A stretch of 57,526 nt of DNA, taken from Flavobacteriales bacterium (GTDB lineage Bacteria > Bacteroidota > Bacteroidia > Flavobacteriales > BACL11). The stretch's first letter is position 1, and the number at the start of each line of letters is the position of its first letter. Made by a program: the position numbers and the translations under genes. The notes under the pieces are model-generated. The model was not told the origin of the DNA. It worked only from the letters and a program-made list of their open reading frames with translations, and did not search any database. The stretch is from assembly GCA_036012565.1 (NCBI GenBank), contig DASCPP010000073.1, forward strand, positions 1-57,526. Direction: 5' to 3'. Shown piece after piece: positions 27,757 to 38,440 of this stretch.

Positions 27757-27996
27757 TTACTTCTGTTTTGGTTTGTGCATTATTGCAAAAATCTCAACAA
27801 TAAAGCCAGCAGCAATTAGAATTGGCGCAAGAGTTAATCTTTGCAAATCGAATATTTTATCGCTAAAAACAGTCGGATCATTTGACCCACCACCAATCAT
27901 TAGTAAAAGCCCAGCACAAATAAGGGTAATCCCTACAAGCAGTAACATGTAGTTCTGTTTTTTAAATGCAAAGTCTAAATTATTTTTTTCTTTCAT
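27757..27996 (-). CDS. Small two-TM membrane protein, DUF3098-like
   Basis: 79 aa with two hydrophobic helices (YMLLLVGITLICAGLLLMIGG; LAPILIAAGFIVEIFAIM). It is wedged between ftsX and uppP with 2-3 nt spacers, a position I recall as conserved in Bacteroidota. Confidence 0.6.
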   Translation of the reverse strand: MKEKNNLDFAFKKQNYMLLLVGITLICAGLLLMIGGGSNDPTVFSDKIFDLQRLTLAPILIAAGFIVEIFAIMHKPKQK

Positions 27997-27998
27997 AA

Positions 27999-28859
27999 TT
28001 ATAAATAAATTTCACTTTCTTTTATTCTAAGGTATTTCCTTAGCGCAAAGAAAGTAGAGAGCCAAGTAAATAAAATTCCAGCCACAAATATACTAGCAAA
28101 AATAATACCCATACTTTTTAAATCCTGAATATTTAGAAAATCAGGCATATCGCTTTGCAAAAGCTGAAAAACAGCAAGCAACATACAAATTGTAACAAGT
28201 GAACTATATACACCATTGTAAATGCTATCAGATAAAAACGGGCCTTTTATGAATTTATTGGTTGCTCCAACCAATTTCATAGTACGAATTAAAAACCGCT
28301 TAGAATAAACAGAAATACGGATGGTATTATTGATAAGTGTAAAAGAAATGATAAAAAGTAAAAAGAAAAAAGAAAGCAGAAAAATGCTCATTTTCCGCAT
28401 ATTTTTGCTTATTTTTTCTATTAAATCTTTTTGGTAAAATACCTCATGAATTAAGTCATTTTTTGTTAGTTCTTCCTGTAAAACAAGCAAGCTATCCGGG
28501 TTGGCATAAGTTGCTTTTAGCTTTATATCGATAGATTCCAATAGAGGATTATAGCCCAAAAAAGAAATAAAATCTTCTCCTAACTGCTCTTGAAGTTCGG
28601 TGGCGGCATCTTCTTTACTTACCCAATCAGTTGCCAAAGAATATGCTTTTGAATCAATTAACTTCTGCAATTGCATAATATCTACATCTTTCACCCCTTC
28701 TTTTATCATTACCGAAAAACCAATATTTTGTTTTACATGATTGGAAAGTCGGTTAGCATTAATAAGTAAAAACCCTAGTATTCCTAGTACAAAAAGCACT
28801 AATGACATACTTATCACTATAGACATGGAAGAGGATTTTATTTTATTCTTTAATGACAT
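27999..28859 (-). CDS. ftsX: Cell division protein FtsX-like permease
   Basis: 286 aa with topology TM1, a large periplasmic loop, then 3 C-terminal TM helices. Contains the conserved MKLVGATNKFIKGPF segment typical of FtsX. Confidence 0.85.
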   Translation of the reverse strand: MSLKNKIKSSSMSIVISMSLVLFVLGILGFLLINANRLSNHVKQNIGFSVMIKEGVKDVDIMQLQKLIDSKAYSLATDWVSKEDAATELQEQLGEDFISFLGYNPLLESIDIKLKATYANPDSLLVLQEELTKNDLIHEVFYQKDLIEKISKNMRKMSIFLLSFFFLLFIISFTLINNTIRISVYSKRFLIRTMKLVGATNKFIKGPFLSDSIYNGVYSSLVTICMLLAVFQLLQSDMPDFLNIQDLKSMGIIFASIFVAGILFTWLSTFFALRKYLRIKESEIYL

Positions 28860-28916
28860 AGATTTTAAATATTCATATCAAATGCCAAAAATAAAAAAAT
28901 ACATTCAGTATTTCTT

Positions 28917-28924
28917 TAACTTTG
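28917..28924 (+). promoter_or_regulatory. Candidate -7 box TAACTTTG for leuS
   Basis: Exact TAnnTTTG, 20 nt upstream of ATG 28945. Confidence 0.5.
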
Positions 28925-28944
28925 CCACAACTTAAAAAATTTAA

Positions 28945-31713
28945 ATGGATTATAATTTTTTGGAGATAGAAAAAAAATGGCAAGATTATTGGAGAAAAAA
29001 TGAAACATATAAGGTTTTTGAGGATTCTTCAAAAGAAAAATATTATGTTTTGGATATGTTCCCTTATCCTTCTGGGGCAGGCCTACATGTTGGGCATCCA
29101 CTAGGTTATATTGCTTCTGATGTTTTTGCTCGTTATAAAAGATTGAAAGGATTTAATGTTCTTCATCCAATGGGATTTGATTCCTTTGGATTACCAACAG
29201 AGCAATACGCAATTCAAACAGGAATTCATCCATCTATTGCAACAAAAGATAATATTGAAAGATACAGGAAACAATTAAATCAGATAGGATTCTCTTATGA
29301 TTGGAGTAGAGAAGTTCAAACTTCCGATCCCAATTATTACAAATGGACCCAGTGGATTTTTAAACAACTTTTTGATTCTTATTATTGTAATAATGAAGAT
29401 AAAGCGATACGAATTTCAGAATTAATTTCAGATTTTGATAAAAACGGGAATAAAAAATCTAATGCAGTTTGTGATGAAAATACTCCACAATTTTCTGCAG
29501 ATGATTGGAATAATTTTTCAGAAACAGAACAAGAAAAAATATTATTGAATTATAGATTAGCATTTTTGTCAGATACTTGGGTAAATTGGTGTGAAGGATT
29601 AGGGACTGTACTTGCTAATGATGAGGTAAAAGATGGAGTTTCTGAAAGAGGAGGTTTCCATGTAGAACAAAAATTAATGAAGCAGTGGTCATTAAGAATC
29701 ACCGCATATGCTGACAGATTGATTAGTGGATTGGATACTGTTGATTGGTCAGAATCAATAAAAGAGATACAAAAAAATTGGATTGGAAAATCTAAAGGGG
29801 CTTCCGTAAGTTTTAAGATTGAAGATATGGAAGATAAAATAGAAGTTTTTACTACAAGACCAGATACAATTTTTGGAGTTAATTTTATGGTATTATCTCC
29901 TGAGCATGAGATAGTAGAGAAACTCACAACTTCATCTCAAAAAGAAGTTGTAGAAAGTTATGTGAATAAGGCAAAATTAAAATCTGAAAGAGAAAGACAA
30001 GCTGATAAAAGTGTAAGTGGAGTTTTTACTGGATCTTATGCAATTCATCCTTTTACAGAGGAGAAAGTTGCTATTTGGATTAGTGAATATGTGCTCGCAA
30101 CATATGGAACCGGGGCAGTTATGGCTGTTCCTTGCGGTGATCAAAGAGATTGGGATTTTGCAACTCATTTTGGGATTGAAATAATCAATATTTTTAAGGG
30201 AGTTGATATAAGTAAAAATGCAAATGAGGATAAAGATGTACTTATTGCAAATTCTGATTTTTTAAATGGGCTTTCATCAAAAAAAGCAATACAAAAGGCA
30301 ATTGAGAAAATAGAGAAAGGAGGATTTGGAGAAAGTAAAATCAACTATCGATTGAGAGATGCAATTTTTAGCAGACAAAGATATTGGGGAGAGCCATTCC
30401 CTGTTTATTATAAAGATGAAACGGCCTATATTTTAGGAGATGATAATCATGTTACACTTCCTAAAGTAGATAAATATTTACCAACTGAAAGCGGAGAGCC
30501 TCCACTAGCAAGAGCTAAAAAAGAAGATTGGAATGTGTTTGAAGGAGATAGAATGGAAACTAATATTATGCCTGGATGGGCAGGTAGTTCTTGGTATTTC
30601 TTAAGATATATGGATCCAACAAATGATGGAGAATTTTGTGGGAAAGAGAAATCATATTATTGGGGGCAAGTAGATTTATATATAGGAGGAGCTGAACACG
30701 CTGTTGGACATTTACTATATTCCAGATTTTGGACAAAATTTCTTTATGATAGAGAATTTATATCTTTTGACGAGCCTTTTAAAAAGATGATAAATCAAGG
30801 AATGATTTTAGGCAGATCAAACTTTGTTTACAGAATAAAAGACTCAAATATTTTTGTAAGCTTTGATAAAAGGAAAGAATACAAAACAAGCCGATTACAT
30901 GTGGATATCACCTTAGTTGATAATGATGTGCTTGATGTTGAAGCATTTAAGAACTGGAGAAAAGAATATTCACAAGCAGAATTTATTTTAAAGGATGACG
31001 GGAAATATTTATGTGGGAATGAGGTGGAGAAAATGTCAAAATCAAAATATAATGTACAAACTCCTGATAAATTGGTAGATGATTTTGGGGCAGACACTTT
31101 GCGTTTGTACGAAATGTTTTTAGGACCACTAGAGCAATTTAAACCTTGGGATGTAAAGGGAATAAATGGAGTGCATAATTTTTTGTGTAAGTTCTGGCGT
31201 TTGGTTCATGATGCAGAAAATAACTTTGAGGTTTCATCAGAAACACCAACAAAAGAGAATTATAAAACTTTACACAAAACCATTAAAAAAGTTGAAGAAG
31301 ATATAGAGCGTCACTCTTTCAACACGGTGGTGAGCACCTTTATGATTTGCATAAATGAATTGACCGAACAAAAATGCAATAGCAGAGAAATTATTTTTGA
31401 TTTTACTATTCTGCTTTCTGCTTATGCACCACATATTTCGGAAGAGATTTGGCAAAAATTAGGAAATGAAACTTCAGTTACGACTGCTAATTTCCCAAAG
31501 TTTAACGCAAGTTATTTGGTGGAGAATGAGGTGAATTATCCTGTTTCGTTTAACGGTAAAATGCGATTTAAAATTACTTTACCTGCCGAAATGACAAAAG
31601 AACAAGTGGAGGTTGAGGTAATTAAACATGAAAAAACAGCTCATTATTTAGAAGGAAAATCGCCTAAAAAGATAATTGTAGTGCTTAAGCGAATTATTAA
31701 TATAGTAATGTAA
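28945..31713 (+). CDS. leuS: Leucine--tRNA ligase
   Basis: 922 aa with HIGH-type motif (GLHVGHPLGY), KMSKS, a CP1 editing domain, and N-terminus MDYNFLEIEKKWQDYW. Confidence 0.96.
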   Translation: MDYNFLEIEKKWQDYWRKNETYKVFEDSSKEKYYVLDMFPYPSGAGLHVGHPLGYIASDVFARYKRLKGFNVLHPMGFDSFGLPTEQYAIQTGIHPSIATKDNIERYRKQLNQIGFSYDWSREVQTSDPNYYKWTQWIFKQLFDSYYCNNEDKAIRISELISDFDKNGNKKSNAVCDENTPQFSADDWNNFSETEQEKILLNYRLAFLSDTWVNWCEGLGTVLANDEVKDGVSERGGFHVEQKLMKQWSLRITAYADRLISGLDTVDWSESIKEIQKNWIGKSKGASVSFKIEDMEDKIEVFTTRPDTIFGVNFMVLSPEHEIVEKLTTSSQKEVVESYVNKAKLKSERERQADKSVSGVFTGSYAIHPFTEEKVAIWISEYVLATYGTGAVMAVPCGDQRDWDFATHFGIEIINIFKGVDISKNANEDKDVLIANSDFLNGLSSKKAIQKAIEKIEKGGFGESKINYRLRDAIFSRQRYWGEPFPVYYKDETAYILGDDNHVTLPKVDKYLPTESGEPPLARAKKEDWNVFEGDRMETNIMPGWAGSSWYFLRYMDPTNDGEFCGKEKSYYWGQVDLYIGGAEHAVGHLLYSRFWTKFLYDREFISFDEPFKKMINQGMILGRSNFVYRIKDSNIFVSFDKRKEYKTSRLHVDITLVDNDVLDVEAFKNWRKEYSQAEFILKDDGKYLCGNEVEKMSKSKYNVQTPDKLVDDFGADTLRLYEMFLGPLEQFKPWDVKGINGVHNFLCKFWRLVHDAENNFEVSSETPTKENYKTLHKTIKKVEEDIERHSFNTVVSTFMICINELTEQKCNSREIIFDFTILLSAYAPHISEEIWQKLGNETSVTTANFPKFNASYLVENEVNYPVSFNGKMRFKITLPAEMTKEQVEVEVIKHEKTAHYLEGKSPKKIIVVLKRIINIVM

Positions 31714-31715
31714 AT

Positions 31716-32474
31716 ATGACAATAAAAAGGGTTCTATTTTTTTTGATTCTTTGCCCCTTATTTATTTTTTCCCAAAATAATCTTCCTTTTAAAGTAGGAG
31801 AAAGTTGTACTTACCGAATTCATTATGGCCCCATTACTGCTGGCCATGGAACACTTATAGTCAAGAATATTGAAAAACATAATAATAGGGAGTGCTTTCA
31901 TCTTGAAGGGATTGGCCAAACGAATTCATTTTTTAGCTTATTTTTTAAAGTGTATGACGAATATATTTCTTATGTAAATCCCATTTCTTTATCTCCTATT
32001 CATTTTATCAGAAATGTAAATGAAATGGGTTATATTATCAAACAAAACTATCTGTTTAACTACGAAAAAAATGAAGTTTTGGCTGAAGATTCTATTTATC
32101 AAATTCCAAAGCAAACACAAGATATGTTGTCCGGATTTTATTTTTCAAGAGCACTACTCAATTATCAGAATGTACAAATAGATTCTATTGTAAAACTTAA
32201 TGTTTTTATGGATGAGGAAATTTATCCCTTGCAAATTAAATATGAAAAAAATGAGGTTATTAAAACAAAATGGGGAAAAATAAACTGTATGGTTTTTACC
32301 CCTCAACTGCAAGAGGGAAGAGTTTTTAAGGATGGGGAAAGTATGAAAATTTGGATATCAGATGATGAAAATAAATTAATGATAAAAGTGGAAACTAAAA
32401 TAATTGTTGGCACAATAAAAGCGGAATTATCTTCATTTAAAGGTTTGAAAAATCCATTGTCAATAACTGATTAA
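31716..32474 (+). CDS. Secreted protein, DUF3108-like
   Basis: Signal peptide (MTIKRVLFFLILCPLFIFSQ), beta-rich, 252 aa. Starts 2 nt after leuS. The family call is from memory. Confidence 0.55.
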   Translation: MTIKRVLFFLILCPLFIFSQNNLPFKVGESCTYRIHYGPITAGHGTLIVKNIEKHNNRECFHLEGIGQTNSFFSLFFKVYDEYISYVNPISLSPIHFIRNVNEMGYIIKQNYLFNYEKNEVLAEDSIYQIPKQTQDMLSGFYFSRALLNYQNVQIDSIVKLNVFMDEEIYPLQIKYEKNEVIKTKWGKINCMVFTPQLQEGRVFKDGESMKIWISDDENKLMIKVETKIIVGTIKAELSSFKGLKNPLSITD

Positions 32475-32516
32475 ATGGTCTTGAATATCCTATTCTATTT
32501 TCTGTAAATTGCGACT

Positions 32517-33752
32517 ATGAAAACAAGATTATTCAGCATTTTATTTTTAGGATTACTCTTGCTGCTAACGGCATTAAATTTTACTAAATGCAATAAGGCA
32601 AATGGCGATAGTACTAATATCAGCACAACTTTTGGTCCTACAATAGAATACGGCATTGTTACAGATTCTTTTCAGGTGACAAAAGGAATCATAAAACCGG
32701 GACAAGTTTTAGGAGAAATACTATATCGTAATCATATTAACCATACTCAAATTAACAAAATAGTAAAAGCATCAAAAGGAATTTTTGATGTAAAAAGAGC
32801 AAAAGCTGGGCAACCATTTACTGTGTTTTGCACAAAAGATTCTAATGCAATAGTAAAATGTTTTATCTATGAAGAATCGGCAACCAACTATATAGTTTTT
32901 GATTTAAGAGATGGAATTCAAGTTTACAGAGGAGAAAAAGAAATAGAAATCAGGATGAGAACTGCATCAGGAGAAATCACCTCATCATTATGGAATGCGA
33001 TTATGGATAATAATATGAGTCCAGCACTAGTGATGGAACTTTCTAATATTTACGCTTGGACAATCGATTTCTTTCGCATTCAGAAAGGAGATAAATTTAA
33101 AGTTTTTTATGAAGAGAGATTTGTAGAAGATGAATTCGTTGGAATTGGCAGAATTTGGGCTGCAAAATTTACTCATCAATCGGAAAAATTTTATGCTTTT
33201 TATTTCAAAGAAGAAGGAAAAAATTTTGGCGATTATTTTGATGAGGGAAGTAAAACATTAAGAAAAGCATTTTTACGTGCCCCACTTAATTTTAGTAGAA
33301 TTTCTTCTAAATATAGTAAGCGTAGGAGACATCCAGTAACAGGCAGAGTTAAGCCACATTTAGGAACAGATTATGCCGCCCCAAAAGGCACCCCAATTTT
33401 ATCTACTGCAAATGGAAGAATTGTTGAAGCAAGATACAAACGCAATAATGGAAATTATGTAAAAATAAGGCATAATAATACTTACACAACTCAGTATTTA
33501 CACATGTCAAAAATAAAATTTGGGATTCGCAGAGGAGTGAACGTAAAGCAAGGAGATGTAATTGGATATGTTGGCAGCACAGGATTGGCTACCGGTCCGC
33601 ACGTTTGTTATAGGTTCTGGAAAAACGGCCGACAAGTTGATCCATATAAAGAAAAGTTACCTCCATCTGAACCTATGAAAGAGCAAAGTAAGGAACCTTT
33701 CCAATTGGTAAAAGATAGTTTAATTCAGTATCTTGCAGAGCCAACAATATAA
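32517..33752 (+). CDS. M23 family metallopeptidase (peptidoglycan DD-endopeptidase-like)
   Basis: Signal peptide plus a C-terminal LytM/M23 domain: HLGTDYAAPKGTPI...GNYVKIRH...YLHMS...GSTGLATGPHVCYRF. Confidence 0.88.
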   Translation: MKTRLFSILFLGLLLLLTALNFTKCNKANGDSTNISTTFGPTIEYGIVTDSFQVTKGIIKPGQVLGEILYRNHINHTQINKIVKASKGIFDVKRAKAGQPFTVFCTKDSNAIVKCFIYEESATNYIVFDLRDGIQVYRGEKEIEIRMRTASGEITSSLWNAIMDNNMSPALVMELSNIYAWTIDFFRIQKGDKFKVFYEERFVEDEFVGIGRIWAAKFTHQSEKFYAFYFKEEGKNFGDYFDEGSKTLRKAFLRAPLNFSRISSKYSKRRRHPVTGRVKPHLGTDYAAPKGTPILSTANGRIVEARYKRNNGNYVKIRHNNTYTTQYLHMSKIKFGIRRGVNVKQGDVIGYVGSTGLATGPHVCYRFWKNGRQVDPYKEKLPPSEPMKEQSKEPFQLVKDSLIQYLAEPTI

Positions 33753-33758
33753 TGCAAA

Positions 33759-36700
33759 ATGCTGAACAAAATAAGTATAGTCCAAAAGCTTATACTACTT
33801 TTATTTTTTTTATCAGTTCAATTTATTTATGCTACTGATTTAGAAAATCCATTTATCAAAAACAAAGGGCAATTACCTCAAAAAGTAATTGCAAAAGTAT
33901 GCCTTCCTGGCGGAGCTTTATTTATTGAAAAAGGAATATTCACATACCATTTTTACAACCAACAGAAACTAGCAGATATTCATAACCACAGAACTACCGA
34001 TAGAAGCATCAAAGCCCATGCTTTTAAGGTGATTTTCAAAAATGCCAATGAAAATATTGATAGTTTTTTAGAAGAGAAAAGCGAGTTTTTTGAAAATTAT
34101 TATTTAGGAAATAATCAAAATAATTGGGTAGAGAATGTGCGTCACTACAAAACACTCACACAAAAAAATATTTATGACGGTATTGATTTAAAAATGTATA
34201 GATCAGAAGGGAATTTGAAATATGACATTATTGTTAACCCCAATGCCAATTCAAAAAAACTGAAATTAAGTTATAATGAGATTGATGCTATATTTATAAA
34301 AAATGGGAATTTATATGTGCAAACTTCTGTAAATACAATTACAGAGCAAAAACCTTTTGCCTATCAAATTTTGGATGGAATTAAAAAAGAAATTCAGTGT
34401 AATTATAAGTTAAAAGGTAAAATACTAAGTTTTGAATTTCCTAATGGCTACAACACAAATGAGGATTTAATCATTGATCCGACTCTAATTTTCTCTACTT
34501 ATTCTGGAAGTACGGCAAATAATTTTGGCTATACGGCAACTTATGATGATTTTGGGTTTTTGTATTCTGGTAGCACAGCTTTTGGAGTGGGCTACCCTAC
34601 AACATTAGGGGCCTATCAAATCAATTTTGCAGGAGGAATAGGAAGTGCAGGTACTGACATAGCTATCACAAAATACGATACAAGTGGAACGGTTGCAATT
34701 TTTGCTACCTATTTGGGTGGTTCAAAGGACGAATTACCTCACTCTATGATTGTTAATTCGGCAAATGAACTTTTCCTTTTCGGGACATCTGGCTCAGATG
34801 ATTATCCTATAACTACCAATGCTTATCAAACTAATTTTAATGGAGGCCCTTCATTTGTCCCCTCTGGAATTGGCATTTCTTATCCTGCAGGTTGCGATTT
34901 AATAATTTCACGTCTTAGTACCAATGGCGGAAATCTTCTGGCATCTACTTTTGTTGGAGGAAGTGAAAATGACGGATTGAATATTGCTAACAAACTAAGA
35001 TTTAATTATGCGGATGAAATTCGTGGAGAAATAGACATTGATAAAAATAATAATATTTATTTGGCAACTAGCACGCGTTCTGCCGATTTTCCAATTGTTG
35101 GGGGAGTTTTTCAGCCGATTCTTGACAGTTTGCAAGAGGGAGTTGTAATAAAGATGGACAATCAGCTGAGTAATATTATTTGGAGTTCATTTTTGGGGGG
35201 AAGAGGATTGGACGCTATTTATTCATTAGCACTTGATGATAGCGATAATATTTATGTAACAGGAGGAACAACTTCTGATAATTTTCCAACAAGCACAAAT
35301 GGGCTCCATACTAATTATTTAGATTCTTTGCGTGCGGATGCTTTTGTTTCTTATATTTCAAAGGATGGTTCGCAAATTTTTTCTTCCACTTATTTTGGAT
35401 CTGACCAATACGATCAAGCGTATTTTGTAGAGTTGGATGGAGCGCAAAATGTGTATCTATTTGGTCAAACCAAAGCAACAGGAAATACACTTATTTATCA
35501 AGCAAACTATAATGTTCCGGGTGGTGGAGAATTTATCAGCAAGCTTTCCAAAAATTTAGATGTTCTTTTACAATCTACGGTTGTTGGGGCAAATACCGGA
35601 AAGCCAAATATTTCTCCCACTGCCTTTTTGGTTGATGTTTGCAATAAAATTTATATTTCAGGTTGGGGTTCAAGTATAGGTCTTGGTAATGCTGGCACCA
35701 CGTTTAACTTGCCAATTACTCCAAATGCTTTCCAAAGTGCAACAGATGGAAACGATTTTTACTTAATGGTGCTAGACGATAACATGGACACTTTGATTTA
35801 CGCCACTTATTTTGGAGGTAATCAAGCCACAGAACATGTAGATGGAGGGACAAGCCGTTTTGATAAAAAAGGAATTGTTTACCAATGTGTTTGTGCAGGT
35901 TGTGGCGGTTATTCCGATTTTCCTATTGCACCAAATCCTGGAGCAGTTTCTAGTACAAATAATAGCGCAGCAGGATCACAATGTAACAGTGCTGTTTTTA
36001 AATTTAATTTTGATTTCCCCATGACGATTTCCGATTTTTCTGCTCCATGGGTTGGCTGTGATACCACCATTGTATTTCAAAATTTAAGCACTGGGGTTGG
36101 GAACACAACTTATAAGTGGTTTTTTGGAGATGGAAATAATTCAACACAAGAAAACCCTATTCATACGTATAGCCAATATGGAATATATGATGTTACACTC
36201 ATTACAAACGATCCAACTTCATGTAATGTAAGCGATACTGTAACAAAGCAGATTTATATTCTCTCCAATTCTTCCAACACAATTCAGAAAATAGAAATTT
36301 GTAAAAATGAGCAAGTTCAAATTGGCTTACTGCCGGTAAATGATCCTACGATTTCTTATTTTTGGTTTCCTTCTTATGGGCTAAGTAGTATTACTGTTTC
36401 CAATCCTTTTGTTATAACAGACTCAACAATTCAATATAAATTGCTTATTTCAAATGGCAGTTGTACCGATACTCTTTTTCAGTTGGTGGAGGTAAATACG
36501 ATTAATGTTAATGCCGGAAATGACACTGCTTTTTGTAATAATCCTATTTTGCTGAGTGCAAATGCAAATGGATTAGCAACTTCTTTTTTGTGGTCAAGCA
36601 ATAATTTGTTTACTGACACCTTGAGTTTAGATAGCTTTTTGCTTAGTACTATCCCTATGCAATATTTCGTAAAAGTAACGGATGGAATTTGCCAGGCAAC

Positions 36701-37493
36701 TGATAGCGTAGATCTAAAACCCCAAAACATTGACATCTCCCTTAGCGGAAATTTTGCAATTTGTATTGGTGATTCTGCATTTGTACAAGCAAATAATTTA
36801 TTACCTTCAGTTCCGCTAATAGATTATTTTTGGAGCCCAAATAGCAATCTAAATTATAGTATCGATTCTTCCTCTGTTTGGTTTTCCCCTGATGTTTCCA
36901 TTTGGCTTTATATTCAGGTGCAAAACCAAAATGGATGTGAGCTAAAGGATTCCATTTTTATTGCAGTAAATAATTACCCCATTTCAGATAGTATTTGGGC
37001 TAGTAAAAATCCGATTTACATAGGAGAAAGCACAACTTTAAATATTCAAACAAACGAAAATGTACTTTGGGAATCAGGTGATTCTGCAAAGCAAATTGTA
37101 GTTGCTCCAATTACAGACTCATTATTTGTAGTAGAGATTTATAACGAATTTGGTTGCAGTATTTACGATAGTATTTTTATAATAATTTTAGATGTCTTTT
37201 GTGATGAGGGAAAAATTAAAATTCCAACTGCTTTCACTCCAAATAATGATGATGAATTAATAAATGAGATTTATAGAATAAAAGATGATGATGAAATTAT
37301 CACCTTTTTTAAGTTAGAAATATTTAATCGTTTTGGGCAAAAAGTGTATACTTCCAACAATAAAGATGGAGAGTGGGATGGCACTTTTCAGAATGAGTTA
37401 TTGCCTCCGCAAGTGTTTGATTTTTATTTAGAATTAGAGTGCTTTGGTGGCAAAAAATTATTCAAAAAAGGAAATATTACATTGATAAGATGA
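33759..37493 (+). CDS. Large secreted T9SS type-B-sorting-domain protein (beta-propeller/SBBP-like repeats + PKD domain)
   Basis: 1244 aa with a signal peptide. Repeated xTYLGGSxxD...YPxT modules (FATYLGGSKDE, ASTFVGGSEND, WSSFLGGRGLD, YATYFGGNQAT). A Cys cluster VCAGCGG. PKD-like YKWFFGDGNNSTQENPIHTYSQYGIYDVTLI. The C-terminal ~90 aa IPTAFTPNNDD...FNRFGQKVY...WDG...GNITLIR match the gliding-motility/type B CTD. Confidence 0.85.
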   Translation: MLNKISIVQKLILLLFFLSVQFIYATDLENPFIKNKGQLPQKVIAKVCLPGGALFIEKGIFTYHFYNQQKLADIHNHRTTDRSIKAHAFKVIFKNANENIDSFLEEKSEFFENYYLGNNQNNWVENVRHYKTLTQKNIYDGIDLKMYRSEGNLKYDIIVNPNANSKKLKLSYNEIDAIFIKNGNLYVQTSVNTITEQKPFAYQILDGIKKEIQCNYKLKGKILSFEFPNGYNTNEDLIIDPTLIFSTYSGSTANNFGYTATYDDFGFLYSGSTAFGVGYPTTLGAYQINFAGGIGSAGTDIAITKYDTSGTVAIFATYLGGSKDELPHSMIVNSANELFLFGTSGSDDYPITTNAYQTNFNGGPSFVPSGIGISYPAGCDLIISRLSTNGGNLLASTFVGGSENDGLNIANKLRFNYADEIRGEIDIDKNNNIYLATSTRSADFPIVGGVFQPILDSLQEGVVIKMDNQLSNIIWSSFLGGRGLDAIYSLALDDSDNIYVTGGTTSDNFPTSTNGLHTNYLDSLRADAFVSYISKDGSQIFSSTYFGSDQYDQAYFVELDGAQNVYLFGQTKATGNTLIYQANYNVPGGGEFISKLSKNLDVLLQSTVVGANTGKPNISPTAFLVDVCNKIYISGWGSSIGLGNAGTTFNLPITPNAFQSATDGNDFYLMVLDDNMDTLIYATYFGGNQATEHVDGGTSRFDKKGIVYQCVCAGCGGYSDFPIAPNPGAVSSTNNSAAGSQCNSAVFKFNFDFPMTISDFSAPWVGCDTTIVFQNLSTGVGNTTYKWFFGDGNNSTQENPIHTYSQYGIYDVTLITNDPTSCNVSDTVTKQIYILSNSSNTIQKIEICKNEQVQIGLLPVNDPTISYFWFPSYGLSSITVSNPFVITDSTIQYKLLISNGSCTDTLFQLVEVNTINVNAGNDTAFCNNPILLSANANGLATSFLWSSNNLFTDTLSLDSFLLSTIPMQYFVKVTDGICQATDSVDLKPQNIDISLSGNFAICIGDSAFVQANNLLPSVPLIDYFWSPNSNLNYSIDSSSVWFSPDVSIWLYIQVQNQNGCELKDSIFIAVNNYPISDSIWASKNPIYIGESTTLNIQTNENVLWESGDSAKQIVVAPITDSLFVVEIYNEFGCSIYDSIFIIILDVFCDEGKIKIPTAFTPNNDDELINEIYRIKDDDEIITFFKLEIFNRFGQKVYTSNNKDGEWDGTFQNELLPPQVFDFYLELECFGGKKLFKKGNITLIR

Positions 37494-38440
37494 GAGTTTT
37501 GTTATTAATATTACTGCTTCTTTTTACTTTTAGTTTAAAAGCTCAAGATGTTCATTTTTCTCAATTTACAGTTTCAAATATTGCACTAAATCCTGCAATT
37601 GTTGGTAATCAATCAGCCGACTTTAAAACATCTTTTCAAAAAAGAACACAATGGCAAAGTGTTGCTGATCCTTTCAATACAGTTGCAGCCAACTTTGAGG
37701 CAAAAGAGATTTTGAAAAAAACTTCTGTTGGGTTACAATTTATACATGATGTAGCCGGAGATGCCAATTTTACCACCTCTCAGTTTAATACAGCAATAAA
37801 TAAATCTTTTTCTATTGATAGAGATAAGGAAATTTCAGCGGGGATATTGCTTGGCTTTACGCAAAGAAAAATAGATTTTTCCAATCTTATTTTTGAAGAA
37901 AATGAAAATCTACAGAACCCATCTTTTATCTATTTTGATGTAGGAATTGGAGTAAATTATGCTGCAATGATAAATGATAATTTTTCTTTTATTTCTGGAC
38001 TTTCTGCTTTTCATATTAATAAACCAAAACAAACATTAATAGATGATGAAAGCGTGCAATTAGATGAAAAATATAATTCATACTTTCAATCCTTTTATCG
38101 CATAAACAATACAATTATTCTAAATCCAGCTTTACTTTATAGTAGACAAGGAAAAAGTAGAGAACTTCTTTTTGGAACTATAATAAGGTATGAAATTTCC
38201 GGGTTTAATATAGGACTTATTTCTCAAATTTTTTACAGATGGGATGATGCTATTATTCCAGCCTTTGGACTAAATTATAATAGCATTAGAGCAGTGATAA
38301 GTTATGATATTAATACTTCTGATTTGGTAGCTGCCAGCAACAACAAAGGGGGTTTTGAGTTATCCATTATGTATATTTGGAATAAGGAGAAAAGAAAGGC
38401 AAAAGAGGAGATTAAAAAATATTGTCCAAGATATTTATGA
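37490..38440 (+). CDS. PorP/SprF family type IX secretion system membrane protein
   Basis: Starts MRVLLLILLLLFTFSLKAQDVHFSQF (typical PorP/SprF N-terminus), with a beta-barrel-like alternating pattern. ATGA overlap with the upstream type-B cargo gene. Confidence 0.8.
   Translation: MRVLLLILLLLFTFSLKAQDVHFSQFTVSNIALNPAIVGNQSADFKTSFQKRTQWQSVADPFNTVAANFEAKEILKKTSVGLQFIHDVAGDANFTTSQFNTAINKSFSIDRDKEISAGILLGFTQRKIDFSNLIFEENENLQNPSFIYFDVGIGVNYAAMINDNFSFISGLSAFHINKPKQTLIDDESVQLDEKYNSYFQSFYRINNTIILNPALLYSRQGKSRELLFGTIIRYEISGFNIGLISQIFYRWDDAIIPAFGLNYNSIRAVISYDINTSDLVAASNNKGGFELSIMYIWNKEKRKAKEEIKKYCPRYL

Noticed and set aside
28916-29101. 61-aa minus-strand ORF across the leuS start
   Set aside because: It overlaps the leuS promoter box and N-terminal HIGH-region coding sequence, and has no supporting features.
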